A program made the position numbers and the translations under genes. A stretch of DNA of 64,000 bases from Camelus dromedarius (Eukaryota), in assembly GCF_036321535.1 (NCBI RefSeq), contig NC_087437.1, positions 104,844,001 through 104,908,000 on the forward strand, written 5' to 3'. The notes under the pieces were generated by a model, which worked only from the letters and a program-made list of their open reading frames with translations, was not told where the DNA came from and searched no databases. This document shows, piece after piece, positions 1 to 13,658 of the stretch (positions are counted from its first letter, which is position 1; every line of letters starts with the position of its first letter).

Positions 1-2369
1 CTTGTGTTTCATTAATTTCACTCTAAATATAAGAAAACAGGAATCGGAGGGATTAAGGAACTCACCTCAAGACACAGCTAGAAAATTCCAGGCACTAAGA
101 TTTGACTATAGGTCTCTTTTATTCTAGAATTCTTGTTATCGACCTCTACCAGCCATTCTACAGCTTCTCTTAGGAACTCACTTGACAATCAAGACATTCA
201 CTTGATTTTACTGGCATTTTTATGTGACCCTGTTGTTTTCCTTGCTTGGACAGCCTTCAGTGGAAATGCTCTAACTCCTCGCTTCTACAGTCTACTGATT
301 TTCTCAACTGTATATGAAATTTAGATTCTGAATTCCTCACTTAGGAATTAGGTCAATTTAGCTGAAACAGATAGCAGAGTCTTGGCACATGAGTTTTACT
401 TTTTCTATTTTTTCAGAGTATTATTCTTGCCACAACATAAGTGGTTTTCATTCCTCACTTTATGCAAATCATCATCACCCAAATCCAACATATTGGAAGA
501 CTTGAAAGTTAAATACTGCCTGAGACTTTGAGACATGAAAGTCAGTTAGGTTTGTCCTACAAAGAACCCATTCTCTAGGGGCCACGTCATTTCCAGATAA
601 CTTAGATCCTGTTACTAAAATCTATGAACCGAAAGCGAGGGAAATCAGGAAATAGCTGGCTCAAGATGTACAAAGGGCAAATCTCATTAGAAGGATTTAC
701 AGTCCAATTACATAAGTTCTAAGAGACTAGCCAAATTATTGAGGCTATTCATATTATTTTACTAGAGCAGGATGTCACTGTATTGGATAAAAGAATTATT
801 AGCAAGACCTTGAAAGAACAGTTAGAGATCTTTGTTCTAATATGATTTGATTTGTTGGTAAAGTATTTCCTAAAGCCAGTAACAATTGTCATGGTTTATG
901 ATAATGTTTTCTTTTTTTCCTTTAAATTCAAATCTTAAACTAGACTTTTGAATAAATACAAGTGGGATTAATACTAATGCACTTACTAAGTGAGGATAAC
1001 ATGCATTTTTATTTTTAATTGTTTTAACGATTCACATTCTATAAAGAAGTACAACTCTCCAGAATATTCTTTTACAACTAGATATTACTTTTCTGCATAA
1101 AGCATGAAATAATGAAGCACTCAAATGGTAACATTTTACTGCAAATCATCAACCAACTAAGCTCTTTTCATTGCTGTTCTGACTAAAACTTATATAAAGC
1201 AGAGAGTAAAACTGAGAAAGCAACATAGGAAAAAATCTTTACTTCAGAGATTACAAATACCATTTTTCATTTTAAACTTAAAACTTTCTCTTGCATTTGA
1301 GCTAACAGTCTTCCAGTTTAGCAAAAATAACGGGGGTGGAGGAATTGATGAGACAGGATAGTTAAATCTCTTAGCCTATGTAGACTTGTCTCTTGAGAAA
1401 TTAGAGCATATTATATATGGAAATGTTTGACTGTTAATTAGGACTGCTGCAGAGTTCTGAAATAAAGCCTAGATAAGGTGTCTGAAACTCCAGCTTCTAT
1501 TCTCAGTCAACTTTTGACTCACTATGCAAATTTTGGGATCCTCCTTAATGCTTTCTTATGCTTCTTTTCTCTAATTTCATCCACAAAGAAGAATTAGCTC
1601 TTTTGATTATATGCTTTTTTTTTTTTTAAAGTAGGAATGATAATCAGTTCATATGCACACTGATTCATTCATTCAAAAATGCTTTTAACTAAAAGCCCAT
1701 GAGAATCAGTTCCTTCTTCCAAGTGCTAATAGAGCATGTGAGTCAAGACTCCCTTCCAGGGAGGCTCAGGGGAGGCAGAGAGATAACCAACACATGAGTT
1801 AAAAAAATAAATAAATGCATATGATGTTTCTGCATTTTGTAGTAAGGTTGGATTGTAGCAAGACTGGAATAAATCAGGGCTTTGAAATAGAATGACTGGA
1901 AATTGTTGTATTCTTTTGTTAGGAAAGGTCTTTCTGAGAAATTGAAAATTGTGAAAAGACATGAATTTTAGAGGATTCAGCATGTCCTAAATAGAAGACA
2001 AAGCCAAACAGAAGAGGTAGGGATGAACGTAAATGTTCAAGAAACACATCGCTCCCACTTCAAGCCTGACCAACAAGAATTCTTACAGACGACCCTCTAT
2101 TTTCTTTCTCCGGGCTAGATTTAATCAAGCAATGGCACCTCTGAAAGTTGCCTGTTGAAGCTGGAAGATCCAGGTTTTCGAAGGGCTTGGGCTATTTAAG
2201 CACCACTAGAAGCAAACTACCATATAACCACAAAGATTGGTTTTAGATTTTATATGAGGAAGAAATAAGCATTTCCTGCACCACTGCAGTTTTGAGACAT
2301 ATCCCTCACATGGGCCAGAATCACCTAAACTGATAGAGTCAAGCCTTTGGGTTTTGTTTTTAACGAGGA

Positions 2370-2720
2370 GAGGATGTACTAACAGATTTCAAACAGGTAC
2401 AATGAGTGATTTGGTTTGGGTTGTCAAATTACCACTCTGTCTGCTGTTTGGGAAGTGATTTGTGAAGGAACCAAGGCAAGAAACCATCAGGAGGAGAACA
2501 ATCAAGATCTGATGGTGGCTCGTGTCAGGGCGGTGATCCTAGAAATGGAAGCAAGTGAACACAATACAGGTGTATTTGAAGGTAAATACGAAGGGCCTGG
2601 AAGATGGGCAGGATGTGGAGGTGACATATAACAAAGTAGTGAAGGATCCCTTGACTCTCATTTTTATGTTTAGAGCAATGAGATGGATGTTGGCTTTAAT
2701 TTTTAAATGGGAAGACAGCA
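2370..2720. mobile_element. L2 LINE fragment
   Basis: Degenerate similarity to the L2 3' region, recognised by eye. Confidence 0.5.
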
Positions 2721-3516
2721 GAAGAACCCAGTAAAAACTTATTATTTGAGGGCTTTTGTGGCATGTGGGGCCAGGAAGTTAGAGCAGATCAATACATCTC
2801 TGTGCTGTGCTCCATCCGCAGATATTTCCTTGAACTCTGTGCTCTGGGGCTTGGGGTGAGGGGAAAGAAAAAAAGAATTGTTGAGAAAGAAACTACAAAA
2901 TTTTAAGTGAAATGACACCTAATGCTTTTCTTAACTCAGTGAAAATACGTTGTTTTTTTCTTGTTTACTTGCTCTTCTGTGAGACAAGTCTCACTCAAGA
3001 ATAATTTAAAGTGGTAAATCGATACAGAGAGACATTTTTTAAATGTTATATTTAAGTTTTCTATCTGAGAGTATTCCTTTATGTATTCACTAAAAACTAT
3101 TCGAATGCTGACTATATGGTCACCATTATGCAAAAAAAGCTCTTGAAAAGGAGTGAATCTCTTTCATTTTCAAATTGTCAAGGCAAGAAGAGGTTGACTG
3201 CAGTGTTCATTCCGTGATGCTTCAGGGATAAGAATAAATATTTTGGAATGTAAACCGTAGTGAAGCTAAGATGTTTCTTCAGTAGGGAGGGTGTCTGAAC
3301 CTGGTTTTTGAACAGATCCAGCCTCCTGGGAGTAAAGAGGAGGGAGAAAAACAGTGCGGATATTCAGGAAAGACGCTGGCTTTTACCCGCGCCAGAAGCT
3401 GCTTCCCAGTAATTACAAGAGCACAGCTTGAGACTCGGAGAGCTTGAACCAGAGGATTGATCTGAGCACCTGGACCACCGGAGAGCCAACTGCGCTCCTA
3501 CCAAAACCTGGAAGCT

Positions 3517-3540
3517 ATGCCTTCAGAAGAGTTCAGCAAG
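3517..3540 (+). pseudogene. Candidate 5' coding exon end (MPSEEFSK), GC-AG type donor
   Basis: ATG at 3517; ends AAG|gcaaga (GC donor consensus), phase 0 matching the next exon. Region 3330-3540 is relatively CpG-rich. The exon may instead start at the acceptor near 3315. Confidence 0.4.
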
Positions 3541-5689
3541 GCAAGATGACTTCTTATCCCCATGACAATTCTGAACCATGAAATTGGATATTTGAAAGAT
3601 TATTTTTTCTTGCAGCATTGGCAGTTTCCCTATCTACTCTACAGATTAAATTATAATGACTTTTCCCCCGAACTTTAAGTTTGAGAGTTTACACAAGTAA
3701 GGAGCATTTGGATGTCCGAAGTACATTTTCTGAGATGCGATTATTGTGAAGATGGCTAAGGGGAGTGTTTCTTGATAACTTATTATTTGTGAACTGACAA
3801 AGCCATGTTTTAGTGGTTCTATTTTTAGAGGTGATAATTACTTCTCAGTCTTTCTCCCTCTCCTTCAGTTTATCTGGAATCTGGCTTACTTTAAAAGAAA
3901 TATCATGTTAAGTTAAAGAGAAAAGAGTGTGAAGTCACTTTTTAGAAAATACATTTATACATTTTCTGAATTTATAAATTTTAAGTGCCTCTATCTATAT
4001 TGAGGTAACATATTTTCCTAATTATTATTCAATTTTTCTAAGCAGAAGTGACCTTAAAATGAGGGAAACATTTATTCCCCATGCCCTGTTTTGATGCTCT
4101 TTTCCCTTGAATAGTCTTTTGATGTGTCTGATAAGGTCAAGTTGGTGGGAATCCATGTGCGGATGCTTCTAGACTTACTGTAAGTGTCACAAACATTATG
4201 CTACTAGGAATAAGAGAGACCCAGGATGTTTTATCTGCTTAGTCCCATGTCTTGAATTTCTTCTCTACCCTGCCCTAAAATACGCATTCCTGACTTCATT
4301 CCATGACTCTTTTGATCCCTGGATGACTGATTTCTTTTTACTGCTTTGGATTCGTCTTATGTCTAGAGTTATTCATCCTGGCTTGAACAGATCAGTGACT
4401 GCTTGTTTAATCTTAGCTTAACCCATTTTGGCTTCTTGCTTCTGTGGCTGGCCCGTGTCCCGTATTAGAAAGCCTCTTGGCTAGACGTTATCTGCCAAGT
4501 CCAAGTCTATCATATCTTACCATTCCCAAGTTCTGAAATGCTTGTCTCCTGAATATATAGGGCTTTCTTTCAATTCTGCATTTTAACAGAGACAGCCCTT
4601 GCCAAGAGGAATATCAGTTTATCCAGGGTTCTACTCCTTCATGGCCCTAGTTGTTCACAAGAGATAGAATTCTTAGTTTAGCTGCTAATGATTGCATGTA
4701 GGATCAGAGCGTTTGGGAGTCCTAATGGATCTTAGAGTTCCCCAAGTTCAGCTGGTTCCTTCCAGAGAACTAGAGTTATCCTCAGTCATATAACTTATTA
4801 GGACTAAAAGTAGGTCCAAAAAGTAGGATGTATGAGTTCAGTCTCTTTCTGTTTTTCTACAATTATTCCACTGAAGGATTATGTTCATTTACTTTGATAG
4901 TCACATTTAGTCTCCAAAGTGGTGAATATAAATCAAGACACACAGGAATTTCTCACATAGCAGTGGTGGAGTGGAGCCTTCCTCCTGTCGTCCAGACATG
5001 TGGGAGCCTGCTTCCTTTACTCATATTCTCCCAAGTATCTGTGACATGGATCAGCCCTCAGCAAAACACCAAAGTCCACATGAGTTATCGTTGCTGTCCT
5101 ATCACTTTTGTGTGCTCAGTTCCTCTTTGTCCTCTGGTCATTCCCTTGAATAAAACTATTATCAGGCAAAGGTCTGATCTCAATCATGAACATCCCGAGA
5201 AAGGATATAAAGCACCTCCTGACTGTTGTCAGATTGAAGCAAATCTAATAGGCTGTTAACAGAATCGTATGTGCTCCTGTTGAACATAAACAGTATCACA
5301 GAGGACCAGTGTCAGACAAAGCCACTGTGTGTTGGTGATGATCAAGACACAAAGACCACTCCGTAATTATATTTAATCTCACATGAACTGAACGCTCCAG
5401 AACAGTCTCAACCACAAAAGTGACTGACTGTCTCCCTCTGCTGGCTAACCTGAGGGACTGCTCCTTGTTGACCAAATAAAGCTTGAGCCTTGGCCCCATT
5501 TCATTTCCTTTTCCTCCTAGATATTAGTTGACACAAAATCACTTAATTGCTCCCATTTTCAGACAGCAGCAAATACAGGAAAAACTATAGTTCTTTGAAA
5601 TATTCTCAAAATATCCTTTCACACACTGAAATCCTCTAACAAGCCATTCCTAACATCAGCTACTGAGATGTTAAGCATGAGGTATTTGT

Positions 5690-6030
5690 AGCAGGTTGGA
5701 TTCTGCAGGAACAGAGGTTGAGAAGAAATATTTGTTAGAGATTAATAACAACAGTGAAAAAGAGATCATTAAAAAAAAAAAGAAAGTGAAGGATGTAGGA
5801 TTAGCCAAAAAAGAAACTGAATTATGTTGCAGGATGACCAAGTTTTGGCCAATTGGTGGGTAGCTCTGGAACAAACAATGTCCATTAGAGTGCCCAGCAT
5901 TGGCCAGAAAAAGTTTATTCTTTAGACTGTACTTCTCCCAGCTACTAGATACTGGATGCTCTGGTGTCATCTCAGACAAGGTGACTGAAAGAAGGTGTAC
6001 CATACCTGAAAGGATATGACAACCAGATAA
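5690..6030. mobile_element. Old ERVL-type LTR fragment (LTR16/LTR33-like)
   Basis: gcaggttggattctgcaggaacagaggttgagaag resembles the end of this LTR group. Confidence 0.35.
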
Positions 6031-6253
6031 TGTGCACACTTTCTGCAAATGGACAGCAGCTCCTTCCTTGAAGAGGAAACTAAGTGACTCAACCTGTGTA
6101 ATTATACTATAGCATATGAGTTATCCATTCAAAATGGACATAGAACTAGATAGCAATTAAGAAAATATTGAGAAGTAATAAGAAATACCAAATACAAGCT
6201 GGTGAGTTAACATAGATATACATTTTTTAATTACATTTGTTTTACAAGGACTC

Positions 6254-6407
6254 CAGGCAGCCCTATGTATCCACTGCTCCTGTGTCCCCAGATACAGTGG
6301 CTGACTGAACTAGATCATTTCATAGAAAGTATTTGAGCATCCTTGCATTTTGGTATCCATGGGGAGCCCTGGGACCAATTCTCCGAAGAGACTGAGGGAG
6401 GAGTGTA
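6254..6407. mobile_element. MER2-like TcMar-Tigger MITE, internally deleted
   Basis: ttgagcatcc..ttttggtatcc..ggg..ccaat..c..gaggga.gagtgta terminus plus a matching 5' end. Confidence 0.65.
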
Positions 6408-6504
6408 CTAAGGTGGTAGGGATTTCTTTGTGTTTCTGTGCAGAGCTACAGTCGTCTGATAGCTAACTACTCAGTCTCCACTAACTTCTGTTTTTTTTTT
6501 CCAG

Positions 6505-6656
6505 ATAGTCATTGTTGATTTGTTAATTCTTCTCTTTGTCACTCTTAACCCCATTGCGATTAAGCATCCCGCAAATTCACGGACGATTTTCATAGTTTCC
6601 TTGCCTCAGAATTAAATTATCCCAGATATTAAAATCCATGACACAAGTAATCAAAA
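6505..6656 (+). pseudogene. Exon remnant: hydrophobic segment IVIVDLLILLFVTL plus start of PMR5N-like module 1 (HCD*ASRKFTDD...YPRY)
   Basis: Poly-T tract plus ccag acceptor, AA|gtaaga donor, 152 nt, phase 0 to 2. A shifted frame from 6552 resembles TBL CDLFSGKWVxD...YPLY; needs two compensating 1-nt indels. Confidence 0.65.
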
Positions 6657-7138
6657 GTAAGAGAGTCGAGATCACCGACAAGAAAATAGGCAAATAAAAT
6701 CTGTGACAGGACTTTACATTAATTTTCAAAGCGCTGGGAAACTAGGTATCAGAATTTGCATAAGTATTTCAATGACTTGTCATTGGCTTTTCTCTGCAGC
6801 TTGTATTATTCATTCACGGCATTATGGCAAAAGGAGATCTTTTAGTCTTTTTTTCTTTAAAACAACAACAAAAAAATCTGTTACATTGAAACACAAAGGT
6901 TCACACAAATATTTACATAAATACATACTAATACACAATCTCACCTAAAATATTGTGCCAACAGGTAGTGGGACTATAGATATAAAGTAATTGTATAGGA
7001 AGAATGTAAAGAAAAGTGTATGTTGGGTGCCCAGTGGTCCAAGAGAGAAGAGAAATGGGGAAGGAAGCTGGGTAATGGGGATGTATTTACTGAGTACCTG
7101 ACATTGTATTTGGCACTATATATAGATCCTTTCTCTTC

Positions 7139-7605
7139 TTTTTTTTTTTTTCCAGCTTTATTGTGGTATCCTTAATGCACCAAAATGTTCATATTTAATG
7201 TATACATTTTTATGATTTTGGACATATGTGTACACCCATGATATCATCACTACAATTAATGTAATAAACATATCCAACACTTCCAAAAGATTTCATATAT
7301 CCATTCCTTTTTTTTTATTTTTGAAGAACATTTAGCATGAAATCTACCTCCCAGCAAGTTTTTAAGTGCACAGCATGGTGGTGTTAACTATAGTTACTAT
7401 GTTGCTCAAAAGAGCTCTCGAATTCATTCATCTTCTGTAACTGTACCTTTATACCCCTTGAACAACACCTCAGTTCCCTCTGTCCCCAACCCCTGGCAAC
7501 CACCATCCTATGGGTTTGACTGTTTTAGGCACATCATGTAAGTGGAATTACACACTATTTGTTCTTCTATGACTGACTGATTTCACTTAATATAATGTCT
7601 TTCAG
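7139..7605 (-). mobile_element. L1 3' end (old L1M-type)
   Basis: Poly-T followed by typical antisense L1 3'UTR (ccctggcaaccaccat, atttcacttaatataatgtc). Confidence 0.8.
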
Positions 7606-7765
7606 GGAGAAATGGATAAATTCTAGAAGCAAATAACCAAGCAACCAAGAAGGAATCATGAAGAAATACAAAATCTGAACAGACATATAAGTGGTAAGGA
7701 CATTTAATCAGTAATCAAAAACCTCCCAATAAAAAAAAAAAGCCCAGGACCAAATAGGTCACTAA
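7606..7765 (+). mobile_element. L1 ORF2 fragment abutting the antisense L1
   Basis: gaaatggataaattc...aaaatctgaacagac...gtaatcaaaaacctccca...agcccaggacca is characteristic of L1 ORF2. Confidence 0.75.
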
Positions 7766-8959
7766 TTTTGCAAACATAAATTTATTAAGCATTTATTATT
7801 ATTTGTGTTTGCAGGTAAGAAAGATGTCTACTAGGGATATTAAATAACACAGTCAGGATACCACAAGCGCAGATAGTCTGATTCCAGAAACATATTCTTT
7901 CCACTACCGTATTGATCCTAAAGTCTACAATGGGGTTATATGCTGTTGAACTGACTAAGCTTCAAATGAAACTTTTCAAATTTGAAGTTTATTAAAAGAT
8001 GTATGAATAGTGCTTCATCACTACATTAGTTCAAATTTGCCTTTTTACCTTTCTCTGAGAGTCTCTTAATAAGTGTCCCCAAAATTTTATCTGTGACCCT
8101 CTTCTATTCGCATTTATTCACTCTCCATCAGAGGCTTCCTCACCTCTGTGGGGCTGCAGGTCTTTTAAAACATAGCTTCAGATTATTTTAAAATTCTCAT
8201 TCTGATTGGTTAATGGTCTAATATGTCTTACAAATGACTCATTTTGATGTGTCCAAGTTTGTGCTCATAGACACTTCAACCAAACCAAGTTTTTGCCTGT
8301 GACTTTTTCTGTTTCTGGATGCCACATCACCATTCTTCTGCAGAGAAAGATTTGGACCCTCCTCAATCTTGACGTTTTCTCCTCTTTTCCTTCTTTAGGA
8401 AGTTAGTTGGCATTAAAAGAGAAATACATTGAAAATATAAGTTAAATTTTCCCTTTGTTTCCATCCCTCAAACATCATCAAACTTAATCCATTATTGTAT
8501 GTTAACAAGACTATTGAAATAAACCTGTCTTTTTCTAGTCATTCTAGAAAGTCTGCTCCCACAGCACCGTCCAGCACCGACATGATGACTGAGGCCCATG
8601 GCCATGCTCTGCACCCCCAATTCATTCTACTCAACATGGTCCAGTTGGTCTACATGTCTGAAATATAAGTAGGTTCTTCCTGTTCAAAGACAATCTGAGA
8701 TTCCTTGTTCCCAAGATAATTCCAGATCTTTTATCCTGGCATCAGAGACATTCCTCTGGAATGCATTCTGAGAATTCCTTCTACCCAGAATGCAGTGCTC
8801 CCTCATTACCATCAACACTTCTCATTTGTACATATGCATTTGAAACCTCATCTCTTCCTTTTCTCACCCAGTCAAGAATGATTTGCTTTTATTCTGCTCT
8901 AACATTGAACTTTGTTTACTCCTGCCTTAAATATTGATCTAGTGCTTCCTTCGAGAGTG

Positions 8960-10010
8960 GATGCTGACTTCTACTCTGCTACCTACCAAAGGGCAGGAAT
9001 GGCAGCCTTGAAATGTGATGTATTGAGGACGTTCTTTCAGGTAAGGAGAGTAAGATGGGGCAGGATGGATATTAAACATGAATGTTATTTCAACAAAAGA
9101 TTAGATTCCATTGGCTCTTACAAGGAAACACAGGAATACAAATCACACCACAGAGTTCTTCCCACATATGGCAGGGAAGATGGACTTTGATAACCTGTCA
9201 GTTCATTGTTGGCCTGAAACTCCCTCTTCCTCCTGGAGACAGGAGTGTGTAATCTCCTGGATGAGGCAGTTCTTACTGGGATGCAGTCTGCCTCCACAGA
9301 AGATGGCAGCTGAGTCATTAGTAGCAGCTAGAGGGTGTGTGGATAAACCTCATAAGGTAATCTGGCCAGGGTACCAGCAATGTCAGCTGCAATACATCTT
9401 CTGTATCATTCAGATTAGCCTTCCTCTCTCATTATATTTCAACTTATTTCTTTCATTAAGTTTACTTCACACAGGCACTGCTCCTTCGGGATTTTAATTA
9501 ATCACAATTTCTAGGGAAACTTACAAGACTAGAGTTAGTGAGACAAAGGAAATTCCCTGCTGCAGCACTCAATTTTGAATTTGTAAGTGATTCTCATCAC
9601 CCCCTCCTCCCCTACACATTCTAGATTCCCTTCCTCTTGGCTAGTACTTCTCTGACCTTCTGGCATGAAGGACCCAAGGTGCTCCAGTGGTAGTCATAGA
9701 TTTAGGCCTAATGGAAATCTCACTGTGTCCACTGGTGGAAAAGTCTCCTTCTAACAGCCAGGGCCTTAGATCTACGGAGCCTAAATTTACTGGAATAAGA
9801 AGCACAAATACTACATAATACTATATACAGGTGAATCACTGAGAGTCATGATGAATCAAAGGGTTCGACCTCTATCCCTTGATTTCCAGAGCTGTGTACT
9901 CTGCCTCTTGGAGAAAGTGCATGATGTAATGATCACTGTTAAGGCACTGTCTTCAAGTAAGCAGCACAGAAGTGCCTTCAACATGCCATTCCACTTTTAT
10001 GTAAGGCTGG
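8960..10010. mobile_element. Probable ancient ERVL-type LTR/internal fragment
   Basis: Higher GC and LTR-like vocabulary; family not resolved. Confidence 0.3.
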
Positions 10011-10094
10011 AAGTTTGTAGATAAACTCAAGAATGACAGCTCTGTCCCTCCAGTGGCTTGGACCAGACACAATCATCTTTGAGTCCTGAATTTT

Positions 10095-10405
10095 TTACAC
10101 ACTCCACATGTTCCATCATCACATCCTGCTGATTTTTTAATCAAAATGCATTCAAAGTCTGATTACTTCTCACTGGCTCCATTGCTAACACCATAATCCA
10201 AAACCACAATGATCTCTCACTTCTGGGCCATCAAATTGGATCCTCTATATTGTACCTTTGTCCTACTACAAAATTACACACCTGATAACAGGTTTGATCT
10301 TTTCTAAAACATGTCAGTCCATATTAATCTTCTGCTCAAAACCTGCCAGTGGCTTTCTTTCTTGCTCAGAATAAAATTTAGAATTTCTTATGAAAATCTA
10401 CAAGG
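10095..10405. mobile_element. L2 fragment
   Basis: tctgctcaaaacctgccagtggctttc...cagaataaaattt is typical of L2. Confidence 0.6.
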
Positions 10406-10788
10406 CATGCTTTGTAACCAAACAACGTGCACTGCAATCAAAGGTCTACATCATATTATTTGGGTTAAAGAGACAAGCGAATAGAATTATTTGTGCCTCA
10501 GTGTAGTTTTGAGAGAAGCATGAGTTTGTGTTTGGTGATATAGTTAGAGCAGTGCCCGGTCTGAAAATAACACCACATGAAGATTAGCTAAGATGTTTGC
10601 TCTTTCTGTTCTTATTAAAGCTGGTGTGTTTCTTGCCTTTTTCAAAAAACTTATTATTTAAACACAAATGCTTTTCATGTCATATAATTTTCAAAGACAT
10701 GATATTTTATGGCTATGTAATATTTCACCCTATATCATGCCATTTTTATTTCTTTCATCTATTCATTCAGTTATTTGCTCCAATCTAG

Positions 10789-10889
10789 GTATTATAGCAG
10801 CTGCTTGGAGCACTTTGATGAAAATAAATTTATCTGCGGCAGAAAGCGATAACACAAAACAAGGAACGTGTGCATAAACTATATGATTG
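10789..10889 (+). pseudogene. Exon remnant module 1: KYYSSCLEHFDENKFIC/QKAITQNKERVHKLYDW
   Basis: ctag acceptor; resembles PMR5N Y..SSCPFIDE.FNC....Y..W. One 1-nt frameshift; donor degraded to gatatgt. Confidence 0.7.
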
Positions 10890-11790
10890 GATATGTCCGT
10901 TCTTCTCTCTGACAGTCTCACCAAAGGATATACTTTTTTTCCCTGACATCATTCTTAAATACTTCTTGCTGTAGTAAAAATATTCTAATGAGAGACTTCT
11001 GTAAATATGGGGAACACTATGAAGAAAGTCTTATTCATTCTTTTCTTTCATGGAGTCTGCTGGTCTTAAGGGAAAAATAGGGTCCAAGTAGAGGTTAAAT
11101 TTTAGTTCCTTCTATATAACTTTTACATGTGTCCAGGGTGCCATGTGCCAGAGATAATCCTGCTGCCCAGCCATTTCCAAGCTACCAGTAATCATGATTA
11201 AAGACTAAATTGCATGAACCACACAAGACTTCAGAGACTAATATATATGAAGGGTATCTATATCATATGTTCCACTGATCAGCTCCTGACAGAGAAGCTT
11301 TCCAGAATGAAACATTCAGTAAATCATAGCAAAATGCATGCATGTTTATTTTTAACATCTTAAAATACATTGTCCTTTTAAATAATTTTATTTCTTTTAA
11401 TGACTGCCTAGTTTTTCTAAGATCAGAGTAAAATTAATTGAATTCTCTCTTCATCACCATCTTCCCATCCATGCCAACAGTTTACTTCTTTGTTGATTGG
11501 TCACTGAAAGATGCTCCCCATGTGAAGTGCTTGAGTCCAGGCATGTAGTTGCAGACGTGATAATTTTAAAACATCATAATATTCAAAATATGTAAAATAA
11601 GATGTTCTTTGTTGATCTTATTATCTAAAAATTTCATTTCTACTCACCCCTCACTTAAATTAAGAAGATGGGGGGAAAAGTTCTTCTATCTTTGCATAGG
11701 CATTGTGTTATATTAATTTTCAGTACAATATTTTCTTTAAAATATTATATATGTTTACATATGTAGATTATTTATTTGTTTGAAAACTAG

Positions 11791-11838
11791 GAAATGGAGC
11801 CGAAAAGAAGATAAATTCTATACATCCTTTCACTTAAG
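11791..11838 (+). pseudogene. Exon remnant module 1: (W)KWSRKEDKFYTSFHL(R)
   Basis: ctag acceptor, AG|gtatga donor, 48 nt, phase 2-2, open. Completes the WKW motif and leads into LRG. Confidence 0.7.
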
Positions 11839-12126
11839 GTATGACTTTCTTCTGAGCCTAGAGAAAAACGAGCATCCGGTAGAAAGCCAGCCACATGGAG
11901 CGCTCTCTCCTTCAGGAAAGGATTTATAAATGAGATTAATAAGTGGCCGGAGAACAGTGCGTGGAGACGTCCTTGCTCCATTCTTGCTCTGTTTTGGTCT
12001 TCCATGCCACTGTCTGAGACTAGGACTGGAAACTTGAGGTGGGTAACTTACCATTACAAGAAAAAAAAAAAAAAAGATTTGTCTCCACCAAGCTCTCCCA
12101 TCCACTTGTGTCCAACTTCCAGTGAG

Positions 12127-12193
12127 CGCACGCACGCACACACAAAGACACACACAGACACACAGACACAGACACACACACACACACACACAC
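12127..12193. repeat. Imperfect (CA)n microsatellite
   Basis: Seen directly. Confidence 0.95.
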
Positions 12194-12807
12194 TTTTACC
12201 TAAACCTTCTGAAACGTGGTCTCTGGGAAACCATGTTTCAAACAGATAGTCTTTACCACTTCTCTATCCACATGAATCTGGTAGAAGTTTTAATATTTTT
12301 ATTCTCATAATGAGATCCACATATTTGATTAATTTTACTTGGGATATAGGTTATTAGAGTCCCCAGTCCCATCAGACTAAGGAAAGAATTTCTATTTCAT
12401 TATGTCTCACCCTCCTCCTTGAGGAGGTGACAGACTTCTAGGAATGTCTACCAACTGAGCTCTGTGGTCTGCTAAGAGTAAATCTTCCCCTCTCAGTAAT
12501 TCCCATGTGAAAAATGGAATTTAAGTGAAGGAAATGTGGGCATAACAGTAAAAATGAGGACAATTTTAATTTAGTGTGCATTTTAGTGTGAAATTTTTAA
12601 AAAAATCAGCCATTGTCCTTCCATGGATTAAAGTGTGTCTGGAATAACAGTATCTTCTTTCTGATTGTTCCTTTCTTGTGGGAATTTCACTCAATCAGCT
12701 TTTTTTTTTCTTTTACATTTTAGGAATTAGTTTCAAACTTTAATTGAAGTTTTTAGCTGCTATATTGTGCATATGTTATTATAACAATAAATAAAGCTCA
12801 TTTCTAG

Positions 12808-12923
12808 GGGATAAAGAATAGTATAATAGTTCTGAGGACATCTTGAACAACAAGAGACTCTTGGAAAACTAACTTGTTGATGAAAGGAATATAAACAGAG
12901 GGACCTCAAAGCCAATAAATTGG
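12808..12923 (+). pseudogene. Exon remnant module 1: degenerate RGKRIV..GDSLN block (G*RIV / EDILNNKRL / LTC / RDLKANKL)
   Basis: tttctag acceptor, TGG|gtaaga donor. Several frameshifts and stops; pieces resemble TBL LRGKRLMFVGDSLNRNQWESLVC. Confidence 0.65.
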
Positions 12924-13658
12924 GTAAGAGTTTTAAAACTAAGCCACTGAACTCTCAGAAGAGGTATGAAATTAAATTTTTTAAATCTGTGATGTATTTA
13001 ATAGACAATTTTTTTCTGTTTTGATTTTTAATATTTTAACAATGCTAACTTAATAGACAGAAACATCTTCTCAGGATATAGACAGATGTGTTACAGCCAA
13101 GGGTGCTAAGGCGCATTGCAACTTTAGAGGAGGGCGGAGAGCTCAGCAAACTGCTTGTTCTGTAACCCAAATTCAAAGAGCCTTACAACAAGCATGGGTT
13201 CTTTTATCACCTTACTAAGTTCTTGGCAGTTTTCCCAGATATATGCTTTATGTAGATGATTCTCTTCACCTTGCTCATAGTTTTTTATTATATAAATTAT
13301 TTTAAGGTATTAATTTCCCATTAAGCACATGAATACGGTTCACTAAATATACTGAAGTCTCAATATATTATCTACTTCTGTGGAAAGTAAAACATGCCAC
13401 TGACTTTGCAGGGTTTAGGTATTAATGCGTTATGGACCCCTATGTCTATCCACTTCCTAAAGTGGTTCCAGCACCTATAGCCTTGCATTCAACCTCCATG
13501 ATGGTTTGACCCAATCACATCTGTAGTCTTACTCAATACTGATGCTGTTCACATAGTCAGTGGTTTAAGCCAATTGGATTCTTTCTGTTCCCTTACATGC
13601 CTTCTGCATTTTCCATCCTTCTTGACTTTGTATCTTCCATTCTCAATAATTTTGCTCT

